Virus record (IMG/VR): IMGVR_UViG_3300021560_000014
Location: 32,001 to 96,000 of that record
Length of the DNA stretch: 64,000 nt
Strand: one strand, 5' to 3'
From: a virus
The notes under the pieces are model-generated. The model saw only the letters and a list, made by a program, of their open reading frames with translations. It did no database searches and was not told where the DNA came from. The translations under genes and the position numbers were made by a program. Positions within the stretch are counted from its first letter, which is position 1. Each line of letters begins with the position of its first letter. Below, piece by piece: positions 20,297 to 30,573 of the stretch.

Positions 20297-22117
20297 ATGA
20301 GATACCTTGCGGCGATACTAGTCACGATCTGCGTTCTGCTAAACCCTCACCCAGTCAGGGCTGAGATCGGCGGTGGTGCGGGCATCGGCAATTTCACCGG
20401 AGCGGTCGGAGTCACTGGCAACTCGGGCAATGGCAGCGATCACATCAACAAGGTCTGCCGCGATGGCGTTTGTCCGGTGACCGCGTTTGGGGCAGTCGGC
20501 AATGGCACTGCGGATGACACCGCAGCGGTGCAGGCAACCTACAATGCGTGCGCCTCGGGCCAGCGGGTCTACTTCCCGCGTGGGAATTACAAGATCACTT
20601 CCCAGGTGACGATCCCAACTGCTGCGGGCACTGGCGTCTGTCCGACGGTCGGCGATGACTGGACCGGCCTGGTGACTGGCTATGGCCAGACCCCCAATGT
20701 GCAAGGCTCGGTGATCAACTGTGCCATGACCTCGGGGACCTGCCTCGATTATGAGCCCCCTGGCGGCTACGGAGCGCCGCTGGTCTTTCGCGGCATCGTG
20801 TTCACGGGGCCTGGTACTGGCACGGCGACCTGCTTCCAGGACGGTAACTCCACTGGCGCGGCGTCGGATAATTTCGGGAAGAAGGAACACGTCGGCTTCG
20901 TCAACTGCGCGGTCGGCTACGCCTTCAATGGCGAGGACAACGAGCTTGACCATCTGGTGTTCTGGGGCAACAACGTCGGCATGCTGTGGGCGCAGACCAC
21001 CGCGAATGAGAATACGCTGCCCGCGCTGGAGCTGAACGGCAATAACACCGGGATGTCAGTCACCGCGACCAACTACGGCAACCGGATTTTAGGCGGCCTG
21101 ATACAGTCCAATGGCACTGGCATCTCCATGACCATGGCCTCCTTCGCGGTGTCGTGGGACATCCGCATCAATGACATGGAGTCCAATACCAACCACGGGA
21201 TGCAGCTGAAGCTGAAGGACAGCATCGTCAACGTGGTCCATGGAGGCGTATCGAACTGCAGCACGAACCCCTGCACTGGGGACACGGTCGAGTTCACGGG
21301 GACCTTCTCCACGGTGCTGGAGGAGTCGCTGCTGTCTCAGGGTGCGCTGCAATGCACCGGCTCCCAGCTCCTGATGATCGCGAACTACACCCAGGGGATA
21401 GTCAACTCCGGCTGTAACCTCCAGAACTGGGGTGACTTTGGCATTCCGGGGCTGAACTTCAGGAACGGTACCGGGAACGTGGTCCCGCCCTGGTACGCGA
21501 GCGGCCTCGAACTCTCAAACCTGAGTGCTTCAGCTACCAATGCGGTTCGGGCGTTTGGCTCCACTACCGTCTCCGGCGAGTTGGACACGGTGAACGCAGG
21601 CGGCGGTCCTGTCGGGGTCTCATACAACGGCAGCTGTGGCCACGTAGTGATTCAACCGGGCACCTTTACCGCGACCTTTACCGTCCCCACCCCTCAGGCG
21701 GCCTGCAATAACACGACCAGCTGTACCCTCAAGGACGACGGCGCTACCAACCTGGTGAACACTGGTGCTGGTCAGTCCTGGCTCTCCACTGGCTATGTCG
21801 CTTATGGCCAAATCTCGGGGGCCTGTTCCTGGTACGTGGCGACTGGGCTGCCGATCAATACTGGGTCGAACGCCGCAACCATTGGTTACAGCTGGGGCTC
21901 AGCCGGGAACATCATTGGGCAGAGTGGATCGAATGTGCAGCTGGGCAATTCGACCACCTTCCTCCAGCCGATGAATCCGCTGACCGCCCTGGGCGGCGGC
22001 GCTGCGCCGACCCTCGGCACAATCGGTGGCACTGGTCCGGCGACCGCCGCGCAGAATACGTGGCTGAAGATGACGGATTCCACTGGGGCGAGCTTCTTTC
22101 TGCCCGCGTGGAAGTGA
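20297..22117 (+). CDS. Pectate-lyase-like beta-helix (tail-spike-like) protein with signal peptide
   Basis: MRYLAAILVTICVLLNPHPVRA|E; VTAFGAVGNGTADDTAAVQA...VYFPRGNYKIT. Confidence 0.7.
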   Translation: MRYLAAILVTICVLLNPHPVRAEIGGGAGIGNFTGAVGVTGNSGNGSDHINKVCRDGVCPVTAFGAVGNGTADDTAAVQATYNACASGQRVYFPRGNYKITSQVTIPTAAGTGVCPTVGDDWTGLVTGYGQTPNVQGSVINCAMTSGTCLDYEPPGGYGAPLVFRGIVFTGPGTGTATCFQDGNSTGAASDNFGKKEHVGFVNCAVGYAFNGEDNELDHLVFWGNNVGMLWAQTTANENTLPALELNGNNTGMSVTATNYGNRILGGLIQSNGTGISMTMASFAVSWDIRINDMESNTNHGMQLKLKDSIVNVVHGGVSNCSTNPCTGDTVEFTGTFSTVLEESLLSQGALQCTGSQLLMIANYTQGIVNSGCNLQNWGDFGIPGLNFRNGTGNVVPPWYASGLELSNLSASATNAVRAFGSTTVSGELDTVNAGGGPVGVSYNGSCGHVVIQPGTFTATFTVPTPQAACNNTTSCTLKDDGATNLVNTGAGQSWLSTGYVAYGQISGACSWYVATGLPINTGSNAATIGYSWGSAGNIIGQSGSNVQLGNSTTFLQPMNPLTALGGGAAPTLGTIGGTGPATAAQNTWLKMTDSTGASFFLPAWK

Positions 22118-22128
22118 GGAGGGGTCTA

Positions 22129-25100
22129 ATGATTAAGCGGCTGATAATCGCGGCGGTGCTCCTGCTGTCATTCCATGTGCCAGCTCATGCGCAGTACCAG
22201 AACATCCCGAATTACGGCAACAACTGCACCATCCTGCCCGACCAGCCGGGCAATGCAGGCTATTGTTTTCGCTCCGACGTGAACGGCAACGGCTCGGGCG
22301 CGCGGGCGACCTCGCCGCAGCTGGTGCATCTGTATGCCAATCAGCTGCCAGCGACGGTGGTCAACGGCCAGATGTACTACATCAATGACGGCACGGTCGG
22401 CTCGCCCTGCACAGGTGGCGGCACTGGTGCAATCGCGCAGGGCATCAATGGCGTATGGGTCTGCACCGGATCTGCAGCACCTCCTGTACCGCCGAGCCTG
22501 GTCTCGACCACGGTCTGGAATCCCTGGCAAACCTCGAAGGCGGAGCGGATCGGGACGGGCACCGGCTCGGCTGGACCGTACAACCTTACGCTCGCGCATA
22601 CTGCGGTGATTGGGGGCCTGGGGGCCGCACAGCCTGTCACCTTGTATGTCAACGGCGTGGCGCAGGGCACGGACTATTGGGGAGCTGGCCAGATCACGGG
22701 CTCGGGCATCTCCGGTACCTCCTGTGGCATTGACTACGAGCTGGGGACGCTGAACAACTGCACGTTCACAGCCGTAGTCGGCTCCGGCGTGGCCATAACC
22801 ATAAGCTATACCTACGCGATGCCGCCCTCGACGCAGATCGCCGGGTATGTCGGACAGATGCAGGGCCTTTCCAACGTCACCGCGTGGGGTGCAGTGGGTA
22901 GCGGCAACGGCATCGGATGCACCGCGACAGCTGGCAGCGCGGTGCTGCCGTGTAGCGGAGCGATACCCGCCAACCTCGTGACCAACCGCTACGTCGAGGT
23001 CGTCGGGGGCGGCTCGAATGCCGCCTGGAACCCCTGGGGCACTTACACACCGCCTGCGCCGAACACGGCGGCAATCGTTGCGGGTAGCCAGACCATCACG
23101 CTGACAACGTCGGAAGTCGTGCCGAAGGGCGAGCCCATCACGATTGCTGGCAATGGCATTGTGGGCGGACCTCTTACCACCTTCACTACAGGCAACTGCA
23201 ACCCCTGTACTTCGCTCACGATTAACGCACCGCCGCAGGGCGCGAATGGCACCTATGCCGTGACCTTTGGCCCGACTGTCTCGCCCAAGACGTGGACACG
23301 CGTCCCCATTACCTTCCCGCAGTTCTTTGCCCCGATCAACACTGCCCAGGGCGCGGGCAACGACTACGGCTCCTATGAGGGATGCACTATCGACGCGGCG
23401 GCGAGTCTGCCTGCATTTCAGAATAATCATGCCTATGCCGCTGGTGATGTGGTCGGCGCGGCGATCTCGATCACTGACCGTGCAGGACAAAGCAACCCAG
23501 CAACGGGTATTTATTATGTGCCAGCCAATGGAGCTGGTACCTCGGCGACGAGCGGCGCACCGACCTGGCCCACCGTATGGGGCAACGCTGTCCTGACTGG
23601 TACAGCGCACCTTTCCCTGGTGGGCCTGGCCGCACCTTCAACCAATAACACGGCGAACACCGGCTGTGCTCAGGTCTACGGCTATCGCTTCTACCCGGTC
23701 GATCATCTCGGGCGTATCGGCACGCCGAGCCCGATCTACTACACCACCCATCAGCCGGTCATGAATTCGGACGGGCCAGCGGTATTCGGCACTGACAACC
23801 GTATCCTCCTCCAGTGGACCGACCCGCCTGACCCCATGCTCTACGCCAACATCATCACGCGCTGCAAAGGCTCCGGCTGTACGCCGACGACGACCATCCA
23901 CGCAATTGTGCCCACGCGCTTCGATAACCTGACCAACTGGCTGTGGGACATGACCAACTACGACACGGGCACGAGGGTCGATCCATCGGGGACGCGTCAG
24001 ATAACCGTCCCGGCGACGCTGCCATCGCCGCAAAACGTCAATGGCGTCTATATCGTCACGCAGTCGGGCACCTCGCTGACGCTCTCCGCGCCAATGACGA
24101 CCTCCGGCCCGGTCTATGTCATGTCGGATGACTGGCCCGCCGCGCAGGCAGCAGTCCGTTATGGCTGCGCGGTCGAGCGGATCAAGAGCGCGGGCAATCC
24201 CTCGGTTTACTTTCCGGCCAGTGCTGGCTGGCTCCTGGGGCAGCCGCTGCAAATGATTGGCTGCAATGGCCCCCACGTCTATGGCGCGGGCGGCGCGATG
24301 GGGACCGGCTCGGGCGCGACGACCATCAACTATATCGGGCCTCCGGGTGGCGTGGCACTGGATGTCGATATGGCGCGCGACGGTGAATATGACCACATGA
24401 ACCTGTCGAACAACAGCGGCAACAATGCTGATGTGTCGCTGCCCGGTTTCTGGATCGATGACGACCGCTATGGCTATTCGGGTGTCACGAACACCGCCAA
24501 CAATTATCACGACATGAGCTTTGGCGCGGCAGGCGATCACGTCATCGACATTTCGCGGGCCAACCCTACGGGTAACGTCGAGAACCACCTGTTCACCAAC
24601 CTGGAGATGCACTGCCGCTTCGGCCTGACCACCCAGGGCATGGGCTGGAGCGAGAGCGCCATCAGCATCAACAGCTACCTCTCAGCAGCTGGACAGACCA
24701 ATCTGGAGAAATTCAAGAATGTGTTCCCGACCTGCTCCTCAATTGGCTGGGCGTCGTACTTTTCCGGTGAAATCGAAATCGACAACCTGAACGGCTGGGG
24801 GAACTCATCGAGCCTCACTCCGCCCAATGGCGTCCCGTTCATCTTCCTGCTCGGCTCGGCCAAGCAGTTCCTGATAAAGGGCGCATATGACGAGAATGGC
24901 GGCAAGCTCGCGGAGATCTACGGGGTCGTGAACATGCTGTTCCGTATTCAGGACTCCGACTGGATCGGCAACGCGGTGACGCAGCCTGACAGCTCCTTTC
25001 CCATCATGATTACCGGCACTGGTAGGGGAGATGGCGGCTTCCTCGACCTTGACCACATTGAACTGAACCACACACTGGGCACGCCGATTTATCCGAATTT

Positions 25101-25614
25101 CGTCTGGGCGAATCTGGTAGGCAGCGCCACCCTCGGCCAGCCAGTCGGTGCCAGCTACCACAGCTTTTACGCCAACTCGGACCCGTTCGCCTCAGCCCTC
25201 ATGCCCGCCGTTGGGCAAAACACGGTGCAGGAGCTGGCCGATGTCGGCAACCTGAGCGTCGCCAATGGCGGCTGGGCATTCGTCTTCGCCAACGCGATGG
25301 CAGGCCATTACAACTGCATCGGGCTCGGGCCTCCGGCGCTTTCAACCGGGGCGCTCAGCATCACGCCGACCTCGACCGACGCCTGCGGCAAGTTCACCGT
25401 GGTGAGCACCAATCCGACCACCTCGGCGACCATCACGTTTGCCCTACCCTACGGCACGCAGCCGCATTGTTCCTGTTCGGAGGACATCGGCGACGCGACC
25501 CAGCAGTTCATCGCCTGCGGCGGGAATGCCGCTGGCACCCAGCTGATCGCCAAGGTGCCGACCGACTTCCACAGCGCCAACATCCACTATAGCTGCCAGA
25601 GCAATGGCAACTGA
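22129..25614 (+). CDS. Large beta-helix tail-spike/adhesin-like protein with signal peptide
   Basis: GAGGAGG RBS then MIKRLIIAAVLLLSFHVPAHA|Q; NVTAWGAVGSG and DDWPAAQAA...VYFPA motifs. Confidence 0.6.
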   Translation: MIKRLIIAAVLLLSFHVPAHAQYQNIPNYGNNCTILPDQPGNAGYCFRSDVNGNGSGARATSPQLVHLYANQLPATVVNGQMYYINDGTVGSPCTGGGTGAIAQGINGVWVCTGSAAPPVPPSLVSTTVWNPWQTSKAERIGTGTGSAGPYNLTLAHTAVIGGLGAAQPVTLYVNGVAQGTDYWGAGQITGSGISGTSCGIDYELGTLNNCTFTAVVGSGVAITISYTYAMPPSTQIAGYVGQMQGLSNVTAWGAVGSGNGIGCTATAGSAVLPCSGAIPANLVTNRYVEVVGGGSNAAWNPWGTYTPPAPNTAAIVAGSQTITLTTSEVVPKGEPITIAGNGIVGGPLTTFTTGNCNPCTSLTINAPPQGANGTYAVTFGPTVSPKTWTRVPITFPQFFAPINTAQGAGNDYGSYEGCTIDAAASLPAFQNNHAYAAGDVVGAAISITDRAGQSNPATGIYYVPANGAGTSATSGAPTWPTVWGNAVLTGTAHLSLVGLAAPSTNNTANTGCAQVYGYRFYPVDHLGRIGTPSPIYYTTHQPVMNSDGPAVFGTDNRILLQWTDPPDPMLYANIITRCKGSGCTPTTTIHAIVPTRFDNLTNWLWDMTNYDTGTRVDPSGTRQITVPATLPSPQNVNGVYIVTQSGTSLTLSAPMTTSGPVYVMSDDWPAAQAAVRYGCAVERIKSAGNPSVYFPASAGWLLGQPLQMIGCNGPHVYGAGGAMGTGSGATTINYIGPPGGVALDVDMARDGEYDHMNLSNNSGNNADVSLPGFWIDDDRYGYSGVTNTANNYHDMSFGAAGDHVIDISRANPTGNVENHLFTNLEMHCRFGLTTQGMGWSESAISINSYLSAAGQTNLEKFKNVFPTCSSIGWASYFSGEIEIDNLNGWGNSSSLTPPNGVPFIFLLGSAKQFLIKGAYDENGGKLAEIYGVVNMLFRIQDSDWIGNAVTQPDSSFPIMITGTGRGDGGFLDLDHIELNHTLGTPIYPNFVWANLVGSATLGQPVGASYHSFYANSDPFASALMPAVGQNTVQELADVGNLSVANGGWAFVFANAMAGHYNCIGLGPPALSTGALSITPTSTDACGKFTVVSTNPTTSATITFALPYGTQPHCSCSEDIGDATQQFIACGGNAAGTQLIAKVPTDFHSANIHYSCQSNGN

Positions 25615-25626
25615 GGAGGAGAGCCC

Positions 25627-25836
25627 ATGATTGCCTGCCTTATCTCGATCCTGATCGTCCTGCTGTTCCTGCTGGTCTTCGAGCAGATCGTCGAGTGGGG
25701 CCTGGTCTGGGTCGGCCTTGCCACGCAGCCGCCGATAATCAACATCCTGCGGCTGATATTCGTGCTCGTCTTCCTGCTCTACGCTTTCTCCTGCCTGCTG
25801 GGCTGGGGAGGATGGACGCCCATTAGACTAAGATAA
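25627..25836 (+). CDS. Small two-TM membrane protein (possible holin)
   Basis: 69 aa, two hydrophobic segments, basic C-terminus, GAGGAG RBS. Confidence 0.55.
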   Translation: MIACLISILIVLLFLLVFEQIVEWGLVWVGLATQPPIINILRLIFVLVFLLYAFSCLLGWGGWTPIRLR

Positions 25837-25915
25837 GGGTGGGCAGGAAACGGCACCGCAACCAAGATGTGTACACGGCCTTACCTTTTGGGCGGACCCC
25901 CGTTTCCTGCCCACC
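25837..25915. repeat. Dispersed motif copies 4 (+, 25837-25860) and 5 (-, about 25891-25915) forming an inverted pair
   Basis: GGTGGGCAGGAAACGG ... CCGTTTCCTGCCCACC. Confidence 0.9.
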
Positions 25916-25931
25916 ACGTAGAGGTTAATCA

Positions 25932-27950
25932 ATGCTGACTCCGCAACGTGGCAGTTATTACAATCGTAAATATGGCAGGGTGGTCTGGGCGGCGGGCTAC
26001 ACTGACATGGACTACGCGCGCAACCAGGAGCAGGCGCTCCTCGCGCTCGAAGGCCAGAATCTGGGCTCGTCGATCTGGAACAACGGCGTGGTCGGCGGCG
26101 GGTTGCAGCGGACCATCTCCGGCAACACCGTCACCTTCACCGATGGCACGATTGTCACCGGGGGCAGGGTATATCAGGTCGGTGGCCAGTCGGTGACATT
26201 CAGTCCGCTGGACGATCAGTGCGTCGTCATCGCCCGGATCACGGTCTCGCAGATTGACAGTACGCTCGACCCGACGCTGGTGGACCCCAATACCGGCGAC
26301 CCGGTACAGGACCGGCTGGAGGCTGACGTGCAGCTGATCGGTGCCAGGCTCGTTGCTGGCAACTGGCCGGGCATCATCGGCGGCGATGTCATCAACGAGG
26401 GCTGGGGCGCGTGGCTGGATGCCCGCGACATGCACACCACCTGCGGAGTCAATCTGCCCGGTCGCCCGATGGTGCCGGTCAGCTCCTCCGGATTCGGCCC
26501 CTACACGATAGTAAGCGGCGACCCGCTGGCGTTCCGCATGGCTGAGGAGGCGACGCGGGACACCTACGGCATGGGCCGGGGCAACGGAATGCAGCTGCTT
26601 CATACCCATGGGGTCGAGACCGCGCTCAGCGTCACCCCCTCGCTGCAACCCAACACGCTTTATTATGTCTATCTCGACCTGCGTACCAAGTACGGCCAAC
26701 CCGACCTGACTCCCGACGCCAACGGGTTCTTCGTCTCGATCAACCGCGCGGCGACCGGTGGGCCGGTGTCAGGAGGGATGACGAATTACTGCGGGACGCT
26801 CGGCGGCGATACCCTGCTGGGCGGCTTTAACCGCACCACGTTCACCTTCACTTCGGACGGCTCCGCCAGTCCGGTCACGATTACCCTGGGCATTCCAGCC
26901 AATGCCCCGACCACGCAGATTTACGTCTCCTATTTCCTTGTCACCGCCCTGCCGCTGGCCCCCAATGCGCAGACCCGCCGTGATCTCTTCATGTTCGGCA
27001 CTTCCCAGATGACGCTCTGGCAGCAGCCGCGCACCACCCTGCCGGAGATGACGGTTGACACCATCTACACGCAGAAGCGCTACCTGATAGGCGACAAGTT
27101 CGGGATCACCTACCCCTACTATTACTGGTATCAGATCACCTCCACCCTGGTGATCACCGGCAATCCGATTGACGACTCGGTCATGCGGATTCCGGCCTAC
27201 ACCGGGCAGGGACCGCAGACCTGGCTGCTCGACATTTCAAAGGCAGGGCCGGTGATCAATGGCCGCGACCAGGCGCTGCCGTTTACGCCCTGGGACGGCC
27301 ACGGCAACGGGCTGATCGATGTCTTCATGGTGTCGGCCTCCAACCAGATAGGCTATCCCGCTGCGCCGGGCCTGATGGCGTCCACTAGAGGCAAGATCAA
27401 AGGGCCGATCATGCCCTTCCCGTACAATCACTATGCCTATCTATGCACGCTGATCGTCGATCAGAACGGCCACCTGTATCAGACCACAGTCAGAAACAAT
27501 CATGCCTGGCTGCAGGGACCGGACAATCCCTACCGCATCCTGCTGGCCAGCTCGTACTCGAATACCCCGGCCCCAGTGGTCGGCGGCGTCTATGTGCTGC
27601 CGCAGCAGTGCATGGAGTTCACCGCCCAGGGTGAGATCAACATCAATAACGATACCGGGGCGGTGCAGTCGGGCTTCATCGACATCATGACGAGTCCCTA
27701 TGCCACACCCAACGGTGAGTTCGGCTACGTCAAGAGCTTCGCCTTCTGGGTGCCCAGCACCGCGACCACGGCCAATGGCGGCTTCATGGTGCTGTTCGAC
27801 GCGCGCATCCCGAACGTGCCGACACCAGCTGCGGCGTACAATTCATTCTATTATCAGTTCAGGTGGAACGGGGCGGGAATAACAGCCCCCGGAGCGGCAA
27901 CCATCAGATTCCGGCTGCTCGACTTCACCATGGACAACGGCGCAATCTAG
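25932..27950 (+). CDS. Baseplate/tail fibre-associated protein (DUF4815-like N-terminus)
   Basis: Last gene of the structural operon; YGRVVW..G...NQEQ and DPTLVDPNTG motifs. Confidence 0.5.
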   Translation: MLTPQRGSYYNRKYGRVVWAAGYTDMDYARNQEQALLALEGQNLGSSIWNNGVVGGGLQRTISGNTVTFTDGTIVTGGRVYQVGGQSVTFSPLDDQCVVIARITVSQIDSTLDPTLVDPNTGDPVQDRLEADVQLIGARLVAGNWPGIIGGDVINEGWGAWLDARDMHTTCGVNLPGRPMVPVSSSGFGPYTIVSGDPLAFRMAEEATRDTYGMGRGNGMQLLHTHGVETALSVTPSLQPNTLYYVYLDLRTKYGQPDLTPDANGFFVSINRAATGGPVSGGMTNYCGTLGGDTLLGGFNRTTFTFTSDGSASPVTITLGIPANAPTTQIYVSYFLVTALPLAPNAQTRRDLFMFGTSQMTLWQQPRTTLPEMTVDTIYTQKRYLIGDKFGITYPYYYWYQITSTLVITGNPIDDSVMRIPAYTGQGPQTWLLDISKAGPVINGRDQALPFTPWDGHGNGLIDVFMVSASNQIGYPAAPGLMASTRGKIKGPIMPFPYNHYAYLCTLIVDQNGHLYQTTVRNNHAWLQGPDNPYRILLASSYSNTPAPVVGGVYVLPQQCMEFTAQGEININNDTGAVQSGFIDIMTSPYATPNGEFGYVKSFAFWVPSTATTANGGFMVLFDARIPNVPTPAAAYNSFYYQFRWNGAGITAPGAATIRFRLLDFTMDNGAI

Positions 27951-28135
27951 CTCTGTGGTGGGCAGGAAACGGCACCATAGTAACGGGTGCGCTGCTTTGC
28001 TGCCAGCTCTTTCCGGTGGGCGCTGCGGTACTTGGCTTTTTGCAAGCGCAGGCACGTGCGGCACTGGTGGCTGCCGTTGGGGTTGACGTAGACATTGTCC
28101 GCCGTCAACGGGTGCTTGCGCTTGCAGACTGCCAT
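27947..28135 (-). CDS. Small Cys/His zinc-binding phage protein
   Basis: CKRKHPLTADNVYVNPNGSHQCRTC; start coupled to the upstream stop. Confidence 0.6.
   Translation of the reverse strand: MAVCKRKHPLTADNVYVNPNGSHQCRTCLRLQKAKYRSAHRKELAAKQRTRYYGAVSCPPQS
27957..27977 (+). repeat. Dispersed motif copy 6
   Basis: At the convergence of the structural and replication operons. Confidence 0.9.
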
Positions 28136-28407
28136 CAGCGGTACGCCTTGACCTTGTCGAGCACGGCCCTGGGCAGGTCCTTCTCGGGGAAGAACCGCGC
28201 CCGCTTTATGCCGTCCACCCAGTCCACCGACTCGTTGCACTCGAACTCGGGCCGCACCCGGATGGTCGTGATGGGCAGCCCGTCGTTGTGCATTGGGTAG
28301 TATAGTGCCATAGGCAGGCCGTTGAACTCGCCATTGCCGGTGAAGGTGGCCTGCCCGATGAATAGATATCTATTGAGTTTGTAGTGGATATATACTCCAG
28401 GTTGCAT
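28135..28407 (-). CDS. DUF1653-like protein
   Basis: PGVYIHYK..RY...ALYY...VRP..F pattern. Confidence 0.65.
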   Translation of the reverse strand: MQPGVYIHYKLNRYLFIGQATFTGNGEFNGLPMALYYPMHNDGLPITTIRVRPEFECNESVDWVDGIKRARFFPEKDLPRAVLDKVKAYR

Positions 28408-28559
28408 TATTCGACTCTTCCTTTGGTATTTAGTCCGTTCTTCTTGGCCAGCTCGATGAAGTCGCGAAGGATCTGATAAGCCTGTTTGCTGCTTGGCACA
28501 TCAGCCGCGACGTATTCGTCGGTCGGGTCCTCGGCAGGATAAAGAATTACTTTGGGCAT
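28407..28559 (-). CDS. Small hypothetical protein
   Basis: Stop/start coupling on both sides. Confidence 0.45.
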   Translation of the reverse strand: MPKVILYPAEDPTDEYVAADVPSSKQAYQILRDFIELAKKNGLNTKGRVE

Positions 28560-29077
28560 CACTCTTTCACCTGTCCCAATTTCCCCAGCTGCTGCTTCCA
28601 GGCGTTGCGGCCCGCCCACTTATGCACGACGCACAGCATGGAAGGGAAGCCCGGCGACCGCTGGCTCCGCTCGGGGTCAGGGTGGACGTACCTGATGCGC
28701 TTGTCGAAGAACAGCACCATGCGCGAGTGTGCCAGGATGAACTGCCCCCAATTCGTCTCCGTCCTGACCGGCAGCAGCACCGTGACCACGGGCCGCGACT
28801 CGTGCTGGGCCTCGATCACCACCTTGATCATCCAGTCATAGAGGCCATCGCCGAACGGCGGGTTGAGCCAGATTGCGCGGGCGGGCTGCCAGGGCACCAT
28901 TAGCGCATTGGTTTCCTCGTCGATATAGCGCTCGCAGAGGGCGTCCTCGCTGTCGGCGGCGGCGTCGAGGTCATAATGGAAGATGCCGTCGAGCCGGATG
29001 AACAGCTCACGCGGCGTCCGCCACTTGCCGTCGCCGGTCGAAAACAGCCCCTTCAGTTCAGCCTTCGACAAGCTCAT
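28559..29077 (-). CDS. Phage DNA N6-adenine methyltransferase (Dam-like)
   Basis: WRTPRELF, LDAAA, WLNPPF catalytic motif, LLPVRTET.W. Confidence 0.9.
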   Translation of the reverse strand: MSLSKAELKGLFSTGDGKWRTPRELFIRLDGIFHYDLDAAADSEDALCERYIDEETNALMVPWQPARAIWLNPPFGDGLYDWMIKVVIEAQHESRPVVTVLLPVRTETNWGQFILAHSRMVLFFDKRIRYVHPDPERSQRSPGFPSMLCVVHKWAGRNAWKQQLGKLGQVKE

Positions 29078-29256
29078 GCCACCACCTCGTGAAGCTGCCA
29101 TCGAGCGTGTAATCCACGATCAGTTTCATGCCGCCCAGGGGCGTGGCCTTGACGATGTGGTGCAGGCAGAGGTCCTGCTCGCGGTCGTCGGGATAGCAGA
29201 AGCAGCCCTTGTCCAGCGCAAAGCGGGCGACCGCCTCGCCATCCGTAAACCTGCAT

Positions 29257-29280
29257 TGCGGCCCCGTTTCCTGCCCACCA
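29257..29280 (-). repeat. Dispersed motif copy 7
   Basis: Directly after the DUF3987 stop. Confidence 0.95.
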
Positions 29281-30573
29281 TTACTTTTTGTGCCATCCAT
29301 AGGGGTCTTCCTCATCGACTTCGGGCGACTCGATTGACAGCTCATCCTTGCTCAGCGTGATCGCGCGGGCGTCTTCCTTCCAGATGAAGACCGGGTTGAT
29401 CACGGTGCCGCCGTCGCTGCCGACACGGACTTCGACCTGTCCGGCCTTCTCCAGGGTGGCGCGGACTTCGTCCATGCGCTCGGCGGTGATGTCGAGGTGC
29501 TTGATCAGGTGGTCCGTCCGCATCTTCTTCACCCGTCGCAGGATGGCCCGCGCCCGGTGAACGGCCTCGGTCTCAGGCGTCGCTCCGGCGAATACTACCA
29601 GCTCGGACAGCCGGTTCATCAGGCCCCGGCTGAGCCGGGCGGCATGCGCGAAGTCGTCGCTGGTGATGACCTTGCGCTGGTCGGCCAGCGCCAAGTCAGT
29701 GCCCAGCTTCAGGATGAAGTCGTGTTCACGCTTCCAGCTGGGCGTTAGCGGGTCGTCGGGGTCCGGCGCTTCACGGCTGTAATACCAGTGTTCCATTGCA
29801 TCCCGCGCCTGATTGGAGAGCTTCATCTCCACGTCGCGGAGCTGGGTCAGTTCGAGCAGCCGCTGGCGTAGATGATTCAGCACCTCGTCATGGTCGGGCG
29901 GCCTGGTCGGCTCGAAGTTGCGCTTGTTGAGGTTGTAGTCGCCCATCACGCAAACGCACCTTGCCAGGAAGCCGCCGTACAGGCTGGCCCTCGATATGGA
30001 GTCGAGCATCCACTCCTTGGTGCTGCCGCAGAGCCAGTTGACGCAGGGCATCGGCATCGAATGCTCGCCGCTCATGCGGGTGCCCTCGTCGATGATCTCC
30101 TCGGGACTACCGGAGTAGAGCCCGGTCATCAGCTTGACGAAGTCGTCGGCCCTTGGCCCGGTGCCTATCGCCATGCTTAGTTCGGGCATGATGACGAACA
30201 GCTTCGACCAGCTGTAGGTCTTCGGCGCATCCCGGCTGGTGCTCTTGTCGGGCCGGGTCATCAGGTCGAGCAGCGACTTCGAGGATCGCATGGTGTGAAT
30301 CCAGTGCAGCGGCTTCACCCGTCGGCCAATCTTGCCGACCGAGTTGATGGCCTCGCCCTTGCCCAGGCCCGAGGGTCCGATCAGGAAGACATACAGGTTC
30401 GGGAACAGCTGGTTGCCCATCTTCCTGACCCATACGTTGTTCTGCACGCTCGCGGAAATCAGCGAGATGCAGCTCCAGAACAGGAACTCCTCGGGCACCT
30501 CGATCTCGCCGGACATGCTGATGTGCCGGTACAGCTCGATGAAGTTACGTGTGGAATCCAGTTTGCTGCTCAT
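29281..30573 (-). CDS. DUF3987/YfjI-like P-loop protein (primase-associated helicase-like)
   Basis: PNLYVFLIGPSGLGKGEAI Walker A, GGFLAR motif; next to PolA. Confidence 0.75.
   Translation of the reverse strand: MSSKLDSTRNFIELYRHISMSGEIEVPEEFLFWSCISLISASVQNNVWVRKMGNQLFPNLYVFLIGPSGLGKGEAINSVGKIGRRVKPLHWIHTMRSSKSLLDLMTRPDKSTSRDAPKTYSWSKLFVIMPELSMAIGTGPRADDFVKLMTGLYSGSPEEIIDEGTRMSGEHSMPMPCVNWLCGSTKEWMLDSISRASLYGGFLARCVCVMGDYNLNKRNFEPTRPPDHDEVLNHLRQRLLELTQLRDVEMKLSNQARDAMEHWYYSREAPDPDDPLTPSWKREHDFILKLGTDLALADQRKVITSDDFAHAARLSRGLMNRLSELVVFAGATPETEAVHRARAILRRVKKMRTDHLIKHLDITAERMDEVRATLEKAGQVEVRVGSDGGTVINPVFIWKEDARAITLSKDELSIESPEVDEEDPYGWHKK

Noticed and set aside
20140-22117. Shared 3' ends of two spike-like genes as a DGR template/variable repeat or invertible segment
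   Set aside because: Differences are not adenine-specific, both copies are coding and co-directional, and no reverse transcriptase or invertase is in the window
29058-29345. Small gene between DUF3987 and the MTase
   Set aside because: Two competing frames (29058-29345 and 29074-29256) could not be resolved by eye
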